DNA of 63,348 nucleotides, the filler included, from Salisapilia sapeloensis CBS 127946 (Eukaryota > Protista > Oomycota), in NCBI GenBank assembly GCA_023334545.1. It is 12 parts of 12 records of this genome, joined end to end, with 100 filler letters (N's around TTAATTAATTAA, not from the genome) between each part and the next. Parts side by side here need not be neighbours in the genome. Positions count along the whole stretch, not along the records: positions 25,404 to 55,743 come from JAADVB010000223.1; 11 more parts are not named here. One strand, 5' to 3'. Of the stretch, positions 34,397 through 46,831 are shown one piece after another. The position numbers were made by a program, and so were the translations under genes. The notes under the pieces were generated by a model. It did no database searches and was not told where the DNA came from. It saw only the letters and a list, made by a program, of their open reading frames with translations. Position 1 is the first letter of the stretch; each line of letters begins with the position of its first letter.

Positions 34397-35868
34397 GATG
34401 CTGCGGATATGAAAATGCGATTGCTGCTTCCGGTCGACGTTTAGCTGCGCGCCTCGTCTCAGGATCGTTTTGCGGCAGACAGGCGTTGGAGGAAGGGTGA
34501 AGAATACGCAAAAACGCACTTTTAGACATAAATTAGGGTCTCTATCACGTAAGTACGCGCTTAATTATTTGCGCACGTTTAAAGTTACAGCTCATTCTTT
34601 CAAATCGTAGCTTTTGCGGATAAAAACGACAAAAAGAGTGCTTTTGTCCAATTAAAACGTCCGTCTGGTTACGTGCTTGGTATGTCGTCTACGGAAGCTG
34701 CAGACGCGACGCCAAGTGACCGTGAGTGCAGTATGCTAGCAAGGCAATGGATTGGACTACGAGTTAGTATTTGCGTAGTAGATTTGAAGGTGAGCCAAAT
34801 GGAAACTAGGAATGGATGAAGAGAGCGAGAGTTCAATAGTTTAGATAAACGACTTCGCTTTAGCACGGAAACTCACAACCTTTGCTGTCTAGTTAGCTTC
34901 ATCAGTTCTTTATGAAGGAGAAGTTCCTCGGACAAAATGCAGGAGACAAAACTTTATGTGTTCTAGGATTGGTCTATAAACTATAAAGACCTGTAGAAGA
35001 TATAAAGTGCCCATTCCGAGCAATGCTTGATAGAAAACAACGGAAATGCAATGCAGCACTCGTAATACGATAATTGTTTACTGCGTGTGTCCGTACGAGA
35101 TGGTTGAAGATAGATTGGCAGCAACCCCACTATCGTATCGGATACGTATTGTTCGAGCACTGGCGTAAACTACTTGGTACTGTCCGATGCAAAGAGTCTG
35201 TACATTCGGACATTAGCTCTTTCTGTCCATCCCTTAGAAATTTGCCTGCGAAAAATGCGATTCATTCTTTGCATTGAGTACAGCGCCCTAAGCGAGTGCC
35301 CTCTAGGTCAAACTGCTGCACCGACATTCACTATCCTTCAAATTATCCTTTAATACCTACTCGTCTCCATACTTCGTGCTTCCTACAGCATATACTTTTC
35401 GTACTTCTCTTCTTGATACATTTTAACTAGGATACATGAATCCAGCTTAAAGAAATTCCCCGCCCTTTCTTGAAGCAAAATACTCTTTGCTTTTCGTAGA
35501 AGCCCAGTTGTAAATTCTGCATCGCCGAAGATGGCACAGCAATAGCTTTAAGCACGTAGTATACCTTTTGAAATCCCTGTTGCTTCCTAGTTTCCACTGG
35601 CGATGCCGAACTATTTTGACGGATGGTACAACAGCCTTGACTTGGCCATAAACTTTTTACCATGGGCCCATGTATGACTTCGCACGCTTCAGTCATTTCG
35701 TCTCTAAAAGTGGCATGGTTAGAAAGAAATCTCGAGCTACCATGCGGTCCACAAATGTTGGCTACAGACGAAAAAGTGATGACTTAGCACGAAGTCACCT
35801 TGGTAAGCAAGTAGGAACCAAGTTTGATATCATTGCCCTTTTCGACGCCATTGATCACAAAGCAGATA

Positions 35869-37299
35869 ATGGTGTTTCTAGCACTTGCAGCAGTCGTAGT
35901 AGCCGCATCCATCAGCACAACTCATGCTGGGTTGATTTACCCTCGTCCCATCACAGGACCTTTCAAGCTAAATGAAGTTACCAATACTTCTATGGCTTGC
36001 GGAGAAGACTTGGGCGAGGCCGTTGTAGCGTATTTCCCGGTGGGCGGTACTGTTGAAGCACAGTATCATCGCGACGTTGAAGATCACTATGGTGGAATTA
36101 TGAATGGATTTATTCGTTGGGCTCTGGTTCCCATTAATTCTATCAAGGAGAACCCGTCGGCAAGTGATTTTGACAACAATGTACTGCAGTACACCTGCAA
36201 CGGAGGCGATTTTGTGTCGTATCTATATGACGACGTAGAAAGAGTGCCGTATTATGAACTTGATGAAAAGTTTGGTATGACACAGGAAGAAAAAGAGATG
36301 TACAATGGATACGTGTGCAAAAATGAACTTGAGCTTCCGGACTCTCTTCCAGTCGGATTGTACAAGCTTCAATTTACCCGCTTCGGTGCCGTGAAGGCAA
36401 CTCGGACGAATGACGACGGCTGGGATACTGATGATTTCGAGTATGAAGTTAAGGTCGCTCCTGCAACTCCGCAACGCACGTGTGCCTACTTGAGAATCAA
36501 TGCCAAAGATGATACGGATTCTGACGAGGATTCAGCTACAGTTTCAGGCTTGGACTTGGACTCAAACTCAGGGTCCTTGGAATCAATAGATAGTTCTGGT
36601 TCCACTTCCGGCTCATTCCAGCCTGGTAAAGCACAAGGCAACCAGGAGACGGAAGATGATAGTGGTACGAGGAAGCCCTGGGATTGTTGGGGCTGCAGTA
36701 AAAATGACGACGACTCTGCGAATGGCTCCAATGGCAGCAAAGTTGACGTCGGTGACAGCGACAGCACTGATGCTAGTGGCGGATTTTTAAATAAGGACAT
36801 GTCTGCCTCCGCAGGTCATGCTGACTCGGATTCTAGTAGCGCGCATGGGTCTCGTGCTGGATCTCATTCTTCTCTAAGTGAAAGCCGCAGTATTAGTACC
36901 ATTGACGCTACTTCAGGTCAAGGCAGCGCTAGCAGATCTGAGGGCAGTTTACAAAGTACGGACATCTCAAGCACTGACACTGTTGTCGGAGACGATGATG
37001 GCGATGATAATCGGAATGAGGCCGCTGTAACAGTCCGGAAACTACAGGATACTTCAAATTCTGGTGATCGCACTAAAGTAGATCTCGGATGCCCCGAACT
37101 CAGCACCATATACATGTCTGGTATGGTTGGCGGGGAATGTTACTTTGCTTTTACGAACGAGATTGAGAGTGCGGAGGATTTGTCTACTATTTTGGAAAAA
37201 TTGATCCACCTCGATCTTTATTTTGGTATGTTTTTCGAAGACCTGCCGAAACCGTTTGAAAAGGGTCAGCCTGCCGATTTCAACCCTGATTGTTCCTAG
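35869..37299 (+). CDS. Secreted protein: H-x-x-L-x-x-P-x-P N-terminal domain, Asp/Ser-rich linker, small Cys-containing C-terminal domain
   Basis: Signal peptide MVFLALAAVVVAASISTT followed by HAGLIYPRP; long uninterrupted ORF; LPMO-like function is inference only. Confidence 0.75.
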   Translation: MVFLALAAVVVAASISTTHAGLIYPRPITGPFKLNEVTNTSMACGEDLGEAVVAYFPVGGTVEAQYHRDVEDHYGGIMNGFIRWALVPINSIKENPSASDFDNNVLQYTCNGGDFVSYLYDDVERVPYYELDEKFGMTQEEKEMYNGYVCKNELELPDSLPVGLYKLQFTRFGAVKATRTNDDGWDTDDFEYEVKVAPATPQRTCAYLRINAKDDTDSDEDSATVSGLDLDSNSGSLESIDSSGSTSGSFQPGKAQGNQETEDDSGTRKPWDCWGCSKNDDDSANGSNGSKVDVGDSDSTDASGGFLNKDMSASAGHADSDSSSAHGSRAGSHSSLSESRSISTIDATSGQGSASRSEGSLQSTDISSTDTVVGDDDGDDNRNEAAVTVRKLQDTSNSGDRTKVDLGCPELSTIYMSGMVGGECYFAFTNEIESAEDLSTILEKLIHLDLYFGMFFEDLPKPFEKGQPADFNPDCS

Positions 37300-38238
37300 A
37301 CACGCTATAAAGCGTTTAACAGAGGATCAAAATATCAAATGATGGCACCTTCATCTGCAAGCTAGCTCTTGTAGCTTCGTTTGTTATTTGACAAATAGTA
37401 ACTTACCGACATTTCCTCTGCAAGAATAAAAGTTGGCAAGCATATCTGCCACTAACTTTGGCATTTCATTTCATTCACGAACTCTACGAGATAAACTACT
37501 TTGTTCATGGTCCAAAGCAACGTACTGGCTCATCGAGATCGATAAATGATTCCAAGTGGGCTACTTTGTCCAGAAAAAGACGCAATTCAAACGTAAATTG
37601 AATTGATCGGATTTCACCGACCAAACTTGCAAATAGAGAACGCTGAGGCCGGTGTACTGGTGCACGAATAGCATGTACTGAGACGGACATTCGATATCAT
37701 AAGTAACTTGATGTCAATGCGCCTCACTTTCATTTTAATTCAACTGCCTTTGGCATCACCATTCATAGACACTCGACTGCATCCGCGTCTGGGTTCATAC
37801 CATGGCCTTTGGCAACAACATTCGCATGAGAAAAAACAGCAGCACCTGCTCCAGATGTATGCTCTATAGAATCCATATCCCCTGGACTACACTACTAAAG
37901 CTACAATACCACCAATACCTTTTCGCTACAAAAGTAATTGATTTCATTGCTCACACCTGAGGAGAGAATTCGCATGACACCACCCACGCATCCTCCGTGA
38001 CGATGTCCTGTAAACCCTCGTACATAACCTCGATACTTCATCTGGAACTGAAGTAGTCCTAATTTCGAGGGTTCGTATCGCACGCTTGACAACTACCTCC
38101 GTTCCGAAATCACCGCAACGTGCATCACAAAACGAAGTATTAACTGTACCTACTAAACTGATATCGAGGTACACTCCCGATCGCTCGTCGTTCACAATCC
38201 GAAATCGCCGCAAGATCCCAAGCGCTCTTCCATCCGTC

Positions 38239-39921
38239 ATGGCAGAGTCCTTCGATAACTTCCTTGCCGAGGGCAAAGGCAACGCCCCTGAGCCGCTCAT
38301 CTCGGGCACGCTATACAAGCGCCCGGAGAAGAACTCTTTGCTGTGGAAAAAGCGATACTGCGTCATTTACAAGAACGCGTCGTCACCACAGATTGTCTAC
38401 TTTGAGAGTGAAGAGGCTTTCCAGGAGGGACGTGTCCGCGGAAAGATCTCGTTCTCGTCTGTCCACGCGTGGGACGGAAAGCCCTATGGCATCCAGTTCT
38501 ACACGCCCACTAACAAACTCTACCGCGTCTACTGTGAGAATGACGAGGAGCAAAAGCAGTGGCTCAGCACCATGCAGCAAGCCATTGACGCCACGCCCGA
38601 CATGGGGGATGGTACCTCCGTTCCGCACGACCGACCGGTCGTTTCCTCCCCGACATCTTCCCCGAAATCGTCGGACGGATCGCCCGAAAAGGCTCGATCC
38701 TTCCGCAAGGCTCGCCAAGACTCGTGGCGTGAGGAGGATGGCGACACGGCTGCCATGACACAGGAGCTAGAGGACTTGCGTAGCGAAGTCGCCACTCTCC
38801 GTGCCGAACTCGTGTCGTACGAAAAGACCGAGCAGAAGTTTGCTCCGGAGATCAAGAAGCTGCGTACGCGTCGTGGTAGTATCCTAGACGACGGTACCGA
38901 GGTCGATCTCAACCCTCGTGAGATGGAGCGCATGCGTGGTATCTTCGACCTTTTCGACACGCAGGGCAACGGATGCATCTCTGAAGACGACTTGATCGAC
39001 CTCCACGCCAAGCTTGGTGAGCCGATCACGGCTGAGGAGGCCAAGGAGGCCGCAGCGTACATGCAGCCGGAGGGAGGCAAGATCAACTTCGACTCGTTCA
39101 TCAAGTGGTGGAACGACGACCACTCGAGCAGCAGTCAGACGGAGGCCATGAAGCGCTACCAGGCCAAGTTCAAGTTCCTCAAGGCTCGTATCGCGAACCC
39201 TCAGATCGGCAACCTCGAGACGCTGAGTGAAGGCCCGTTCCCGAGCTTTGAGTTCCGTCTCCAGTTCTTCCATAACAACCCCAAGGACGGTACGCGCGAG
39301 CAAATCTCTCCGTGGCACGATATTCCGCTCTACAATGCGGACGGAAGCGTCAACTTTATCTGTGAGATCCCCAAGTGGACGCGAAAGAAGATGGAGATTG
39401 CCACGGGCGAACCGTTCAACCCGATCAAACAAGACACCAAGAATGGTAAACTGCGCGAGTACACGTGGGGAGACATGATGTTCAACTACGGCTGCCTGCC
39501 GCAGACGTGGGAAGACCCGGCGCACGTGACGGAGGGCACCGGATGCATCGGTGACAACGATCCGATCGATGTGCTCGAGATCGGTACCAAGCAGTGGCGC
39601 ACGGGTGCTGTTGTCCAGGTCAAGATCCTAGGTGTCCTTGCCCTCATTGACGATGGTGAGACGGACTGGAAGGTCCTGTGCATCAATGTGGAGGACCACT
39701 ACGCGTCGCAGATCCACGACGTGGCGGACATTGAAGCGCACATGCCTGGCTGCATTACTGCCATCCACGACTGGTTCCGTGACTACAAGGCTCCTAAGGT
39801 CAACAAGTACGGCTTTGAGGGCCGATGCCTCAGCCGCGACTTTGCGGAGGACGTAGTGGCCGAGACGCACGAGTTCTGGAAACTGCTCATCCAGGAACGT
39901 GGTGGTCAGGCCACGGTCTAG
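38239..39921 (+). CDS. PH domain/coiled coil/EF-hand/family I inorganic pyrophosphatase fusion
   Basis: PH: GTLYKRPEKNSLLWKKRYC...QWLSTMQQA; EF-hand: FDLFDTQGNGCISEDDL; PPase: ISPWHDIPL, EIPKWTRKKMEI, NPIKQD, NYGCLPQTWEDP, GDNDPIDVLEIG, IDDGETDWKV, WFRDYK. Confidence 0.92.
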   Translation: MAESFDNFLAEGKGNAPEPLISGTLYKRPEKNSLLWKKRYCVIYKNASSPQIVYFESEEAFQEGRVRGKISFSSVHAWDGKPYGIQFYTPTNKLYRVYCENDEEQKQWLSTMQQAIDATPDMGDGTSVPHDRPVVSSPTSSPKSSDGSPEKARSFRKARQDSWREEDGDTAAMTQELEDLRSEVATLRAELVSYEKTEQKFAPEIKKLRTRRGSILDDGTEVDLNPREMERMRGIFDLFDTQGNGCISEDDLIDLHAKLGEPITAEEAKEAAAYMQPEGGKINFDSFIKWWNDDHSSSSQTEAMKRYQAKFKFLKARIANPQIGNLETLSEGPFPSFEFRLQFFHNNPKDGTREQISPWHDIPLYNADGSVNFICEIPKWTRKKMEIATGEPFNPIKQDTKNGKLREYTWGDMMFNYGCLPQTWEDPAHVTEGTGCIGDNDPIDVLEIGTKQWRTGAVVQVKILGVLALIDDGETDWKVLCINVEDHYASQIHDVADIEAHMPGCITAIHDWFRDYKAPKVNKYGFEGRCLSRDFAEDVVAETHEFWKLLIQERGGQATV

Positions 39922-40180
39922 AGAGGAAAGATAGATTTGTGAGCACATTGGCCTTGGGCGGTCTGTGCTCTTTTTTTCAAATACACATGCCATCGCACTG
40001 CATGATTTGGATTAGATACACATACCTCTGTCTTTACTCTTGTTCGATACCATTGTAAATGTTATGAAACGATTAGAAGTGCAGGTAGAGGTGCGCTTCG
40101 GACTAGCTGACGATAGCAACTACGTAGGAAACGATTCGAATCAACGTTAATCGACTAGGAGCTTTCAACTACGAATGAGG

Positions 40181-41058
40181 CTAATATAAAGACTCTCTGA
40201 CGTCTTGGTCACGATCCAGGCGTGCATTGCACTCGATCACTTCTTGGAAAATGTCATCCAGGGCACCACTTGAATCGAGAATATCGTCCACATCACTCTC
40301 GTCCAAAGCCATCTGAAACCCACCGCCATATAGAACGTTGATGGGCTCGTGGGGATGATAATAGTCCTCTTTGCCCAAGTTGCACGTCGGCTTTGGTTCT
40401 GCCTTGAGACTTTTGCGTTTATCCAACACCCTAGAGACTTCTGCACAAGAGGATGAAGCCTTTACACGCTTCGCTCTCTTGTCGATTCGGTTCATCGGCG
40501 AGATGGTGGAGGTTTCCATCGTATCAACGCAAGCTTGGATGTCGTCCTTGGTCAATATGTTGGAATCAGCCATGGCGCTGTGATATGTGCGCTTGCGTAT
40601 AGATTTCGGCTCTACTTGTTTAACTCGATGGAGAGCATGCCAATGGTTCTTGACTGCGTTATCGGTTCGCCCTTGTAGCATTTTTGCCAGGACAGACCAC
40701 TTGTTACCATGAATTCGATGCAGCTCTTCTAGTCTTTCATCCTCTTCCTTAGCCCATGGTATATGGCGGATGCTCGGGTGAAGCTGATTCTTCCATCTGC
40801 AACAGCTTAGTAGGCAGTCAACAGCAAGTTGAAACATAGGACAGCGTACCGGTCGCGACACTGTTTGGCAGTACGATTTGTAAAGTAGGAAGCGATCTTC
40901 TTCCACTTATGAGCTCCCTGGTGCTGCACAAGACTTTTCAGTTTGTTGTCCTCATCCTGAGTCCAAAACTTTCGTCTACCCTGGACTTGTTTCAGGGATG
41001 GACTAGGAATAGCTCTTTTGCTACTGGCCGAGGAGGGCTCCGCAGTTTCAAAATCCAC
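40181..41058 (-). CDS. R2R3-Myb transcription factor (intron 40797-40849)
   Basis: WTQDEDNKL...WKKIA...RTAKQCRDR|WKNQL...WAKEEDERL...GNKWSVLA...GRTDNAVKNHW; 53-nt GT-AG intron. Confidence 0.9.
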
Positions 41059-42051
41059 CCGATGTCGATCATCATGCTATCAGTATTCGTAGTTAGAAGA
41101 TATAGATTGATACGGTATGAATAGTGCTGTACCTCCTCGACAACCGATAGTCGCGGCTTGGACACCTTAATCGACATGCAGTCTTCTTATTAGCAAGTAT
41201 CAAGCTAATATTTCAGAAAATGAGTCGGATGGTATGGAGCGAAGAGATTGAGAGCTCTAGTTTCGATGATCGGGTCGGATTAAAAGTGGGGACGATGACT
41301 TCGATCGTCAGTTAGTTGCGACAGCTTGTTCGACTCGTCCCAAACTGAGATTCACAGCCAGTATGATCCGAGTTGCACACTTGGATAGTCTCGATAATAC
41401 TGTACTACTCGCGACGTTTTCCGGCGTCGTGCTCTGTACTACGATAGATTTTGCCGATGGAAATGTTAGAAAATTCTGATCAAAACCTCATGCATCGATC
41501 ACACACTTTTTCACTTCGTTCTCATCGACAGAAACATTCCTACCTTATCATATTAAACTAGAGGGAGTACCCTGTATCTTGGTGTTGAACTCATGCTTCC
41601 CCGCTACATGCGGCCGATTTGTTTCAAATTCGCTCATAAATATTCATTTATCGATCCTGGAACAAAGTCAATAGTATATAAGGTAAGGAGAAATGTGTCG
41701 ATGATGGCAACCACTATAAAACCATAGGCTACCCATCTAATAGCAATGGATAGATGTCTCCTGTATATATGATATGCATTCAAGCATCAACGGCTTATGC
41801 GATAATCTTAAAGGTACGAAAAATACTGGGAGCAGGGTTTACAGTGATCTATATCCCAGTTGCATTGCTTTCGCTGATACTATTCATATTCAACAGACAA
41901 AGAATCAATTATAGGCAGACAAGATTGAAGGGAGTTTCACGTAGCTAAGTTTAGATCAATGGCACCGACGGGTTGAGCAAACTGCAACCCGATGGGACTG
42001 CTCACTTTCAAATTTGCAGTCTTCCCGCGATCTTGTGTCCCGCAGAGCCGC

Positions 42052-43090
42052 ATGAATCTCCTTCTATCGGTGATTAACGTCGTCGTGTCGATCTCATCGA
42101 CGTACATGAGTATTAGCCCGACAACGGCGATGTACCGGATTCACAAGCACAAGTCTACTGGTCTGGCGTCCGTCGTTCCGCTTGCTGCTTTATGGTTTTG
42201 CAACAACACTTGGTGGGTTGCTCTATGGCTACTGCATTAATCATTTCAATTCTAATATCTCGACTTCGCATTATAGGATGATGTATGGCATTCTCAAAGG
42301 GGTTCTATTTCCTCTTATTATCACCAACGCAGTTGGGAGTGTCTTCAGTATTGGCTATTTGATGGTTTTCTACCAACACACCATGGATAAACGCTTCGTT
42401 TTATTTTGCTGCCTGATAGCGTTGATGACCAATACAGTGGTTGCCACGTACGCAATGCTAGGGAAAGCGCTTGTTTTCGGGCAAGCATTGGAAACTGTGA
42501 CAGATATCGTTGGATATATTGGCATGACTTCTAGCTTTATGCTTTACGCCTCACCTTTTATTCAGGTGGCTCAAGTGTTAAAGACCAAAACTTCGGAATC
42601 CATTCCGATCCTGATGTCTACCGTTGGGACTTTAAATAACTTGCTTTGGATCATATATGCATACTTGGCAGGGGATAACCTTATTCTTATTCCATCCACG
42701 GTCAACTTCTCCTTCGGCGTCTTGCAAATCATCCTCTTCATATTATACCATCCACGCATTCAAGGATTGAATCACGGCATCAAGAACTTTAACACGGTCA
42801 CTCTTGGAGCAATCCAGACAGTCTCAAGTGAAGTGCTCGAAGCGATTCATCCATTGAAACAAGGCGAGCTCATTTTCGATATGATCGCACCAAGCGTTAT
42901 CGTGCCGGTTGAAACGAATGTAGAATCGTGTAAAGTTTATGCGGATCCATCCAATTTAACTTCTTCTGAGTCTCTTGACACGGACGTTGTGGAGGCAGTT
43001 GACAGCACCACCTCTTTTAACTATGACAGCTCAAGTAATTTAGTGGAGCGAAACGTTGCCAGCGATACACTTGAGGACACAACCGAGTAG
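42052..43090 (+). CDS. SWEET: SWEET/MtN3 sugar transporter (intron 42213-42276)
   Basis: Two MtN3 repeats (SPTTAMYRIHKHKSTG; YASPFIQVAQVLKTKTSESIP...WIIYAYL...IPSTVNFSFGVLQIILFILY); a 64-nt intron restores the frame; long acidic tail. Confidence 0.88.
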
Positions 43091-43695
43091 CTTCCCGAGT
43101 CACGTTTAATACTTTACTACACTAGTCAACTCAAGAAGCGTACGTAGCCTCACAAGCTTCACTAAGCTTCCTTTTCCGTCGGATACATCACGACCTACCC
43201 TGCTTGTATCCAAAACAACCAACATGCTAATAATTCAAACAAAATTATACATAAACTTGCTTGACATCTCTGCAAATCAGCTCTGTATGGATCAGTTTTC
43301 GTAGTAACCTATCCGTCATTCTAACTAAACATCAATTAAACTTTTAATATATTAATTAAAACAAAATAAAAGTTCACGATTTTGCTTTCGGTAGGAACCC
43401 ACAGCAACAAAATTCTAGTTATGTACCTGGCTAAAAAGGGGCTGAGTATCCTTAAGACGTAGTGCATGGCGGGTGATATCTCGACGGATTCTGCTATAAA
43501 CATCACTTTACGCTGCTTAGATTTTAAAGAACCGCTACCTACCGTGGTACTTATAATCGATCCTTTACTGCACGAAACACGTTTACTCCCATTTGGCAGA
43601 GTACTTGTAGATACTTGTAAGCATGCCCTGGTAATAATAGTAATAAACCCATAAACACCAAACCCATGACAACATTTCATGTTTATGATTTCAAC

Positions 43696-45553
43696 CTATA
43701 GCAGAGGACGGTATTCATCTTGGCGGCGTTTTAACGTGATCATGGCAAACGCAACGGCACCGACAACTGCAACGAGTCCTGCTGTACCAGCCACTAGTAA
43801 GGTAGAACTGTGCACGTCAGAGGTAGTGGCAGACAGGCTGACAGCGTACTCTGATCCTTGAAGGATTTCGCTTCGGGGGGCATCAAGCATTTCCTGTGTC
43901 ATGCACTTGGTTTTGGACAGATTCGCAAACCAATTGGCTGCAGGACGAGGAAGGCGCTTCAGGTCAGAAGCCTTTGGTTCGTAAATCTCATGTGAACCAA
44001 CTTGTGGCGGGAAGTCGACGTAGTAGAGCCCGAAGCGCGGTTCAAAAGATCCCCATTCCTATTACATAGCAATGTCAGCAGGTCATTTGCATTTCGAATA
44101 CGAACGTAATCTTACATAGTTGTCCAGAAGCGACCACGCAGTGTATCCGATGATCGGAATGTTCTCTTCGTAGATGGCCTTGTGCACCTGGTCAAGGTAC
44201 GCCTGGTAGTACCACAATTGCGTCTTACTCTCGATGATATCATTGCCACAGTATCCATTTTCAGTCAGAAGGATGTCTGCCTTCGGGTCAAACGAATGGG
44301 TGTACTTGATGTTTTGCATGTAGCCTTCAGGATGAGCTGCCCACGACGGACAGTTGTAATCACCCTTTCGGTTCTTCGCGGCCATGACGGAGTCTTCAAA
44401 GAACTGAGTCTGCCAATCCAGTCCCATATCTTTTTCAAATCCAGGCACAAGACTCTCGCACTTAATGTTTGACCTCGGAGAGTCACAGTCAGTAACCAGC
44501 CAGGACGTGTAGTGGTTAACCATGAAGAGATCATACGATCCCTTCACAAGAGCTTCTTCTTCCTCGGAGAACTCCGGGAGACGGTCGCCAACGCGCTCTC
44601 GCATAATAGCAGGATACTTACCCGTCGTAATAGGGCTAAGCCACCATCCAATGAAGAATGAGTTCAATCGCTCGGCAGCATCGATATCCGCCTGGCTGTC
44701 CGAATCAACTGGGTAGGAACCACCCATAGGAATCACAATACCAATGCGAGCATCATCTCGTACGACACCTGCTGTCTTGAGGTTGCGGAAGTTGGCTACG
44801 GCTCTGGCATGCGAAAGTAGGATGTGATGCGTGACAACGTACGTATCTGTGTCTGATCCGGACATACCAGGAGCCATGCGACCATTGCCGTACCCAAAGT
44901 ACGACGTTACGATAGGCTCATTAAAAGTAGACCAGTACTTCACCTTCTCTCCAAACTCGTGGAAGATGAGAGTGGCGTACTCTTCGTAGTGGCTGATGAT
45001 CTCCGGGTTGATCCAGCTTGGAGGAGAAAGCTCCGTGTGCAACTCAGATGGGAGGTCCCAGTGGTAGATCGTGAGGATTGGCTCGATGTTCTTTTCAACG
45101 AGCTTGTCGACTACAGCATGGTAAAACTTGATTCCCTCTGGATTAGGCTTCATTCGTTCGGTCTCTGGATCCCAGTTCATCACACGAGACCAGGATATGG
45201 AGAAACGGAAGGTATCATGGCCGTCAGCAACCATCAGATCCACATCCGAAGCGTAGCGGTGAAAGAAATCATCAGCAACGTTGGCGCATGCTCTTTCTTC
45301 ACTTTCACGACAAAAGCTATAGGCGTAAATTTATTAACAACCAGAATTATTTTAACGATTATAGCAAGACGTACTCATCCCAGATACTTGGCGTACGTCC
45401 ACCCTCTTCTACAGCCCCCTCAACTTGATAAGATGCAGTAGCAGAACCAAAGAGGAAGTTGTCAGGGAAGCATTTGGTTTCTTCTGAAGCAGCGGACGAG
45501 GATACCAGTGCGACCGTGGCAGTAGCTGCCAAAGTCCATATCTTTCCCAGCAT
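43696..45553 (-). CDS. GH1 beta-glucosidase, secreted and C-terminally membrane-anchored (introns of 58 and 57 nt)
   Basis: [33 protein letters not shown] (acid/base), LTENG (nucleophile), DNY|[16 protein letters not shown]; signal peptide; C-terminal TM helix followed by [11 protein letters not shown]. Confidence 0.92.
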
Positions 45554-46831
45554 GATCGGCTCTTATTTTAATGCAAGTGGGAGTCGAAATGAACTCGTTG
45601 GATGCTTGGATGAGAGAAGAGCATCAAAACGTAGTGATTGAAGTTCGCTGCATCCTGATCAACTTGATTACCATCTGCTTGAAGTCGAAGCATTTAGATA
45701 TCGCTCGACTTTAATTTGCCTGTGGCTTTCTTCTCTAGCACTTGGGTTGGGCAATGTGAAATTACTGGAAAAGTACTTGGGACTAGGTCCATTATGAACG
45801 GAAAATTTGTCTGCATTTCTGTAAATATACGCTGACAAAATATCTTCATTGACGAGAGGATGGTGCCTTGGTCCTGATGAGATATCTCGGCAACGAAAGT
45901 ATATCGAATGGTAGCTAAATAAAAGAAGAGCTGACTGAAGATACGCTGGATATTCTCCAGTCAATTGAAATTTAGGACGTCGCCTATTAAGATAAGCATG
46001 CTCAACAAACTTCTTATCCTTTGCAACAATAAAATCGAAATCGTAGGTTGGCATTTAAATATCTATTGCATACTTGTTTTCGAGCGATTCGTGGACTTGC
46101 TTTCGAATAAAGCCAAGTACCTTTACATTGATCTTCAAATGTGCTTCTTTCCTATTTATTGTCAATATGGCGCGATAGCGAGACTACGCTGTAGCAATGG
46201 TACAAGCCCTCCTCCATAGGAGCTTTTATCTATTATAGTCTCAACTTAAACAAATGCTATCATATATCCCGCTAATGGTGAAGACGATATATTAAAGTTT
46301 CGATGGTTGACTACCGGCAACGAGAATCCGTACTAAAGTCGATCGGCTACTATCGTCCTTTAACCAAGGTTACTACGCCAAGCCGAACGAAGCAAGTCTG
46401 ACCATCATGAAGACACGCCGGTCTCGGTCCAGAGATGCGGATACGGCGATCCTCCTACCTTTTACACACATAACCATACCAATATTCAGGAGGTTACCAT
46501 GATTGCCCACAAAAGATAATTCCATCTTCCGATAGCTGTCCAACAAAGTCATCGCGGACAATAAAGCTGTGAAAACTACAAGTCTATGCCCAATGTACCG
46601 GGGATAGTTCACATGACTGGAAGGAGTTCGGGTGGCGTAATAGTTAACAAGGACTGCAATATCTTTCAATTGATAAGACTCCTTTCATCGCAGTAGACTG
46701 GATAGAAAACGTGTAGCTAAGAAATGAAAGAGCTCAGACTATGTGCAAATTGAACAGTTGAAGGGAACGGACCAGAGCATTGAACAATGACTTCATATGA
46801 CATAGTAGCGTCCGTACGTAGCAACGCTCGC

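Noticed and set aside
45600-46800. Small ORFs in AT-rich intergenic DNA (also 25404-26150, 53150-55390, 58650-59350)
   Set aside because: No codon bias, motifs or spliceable frame; not supportable as genes.
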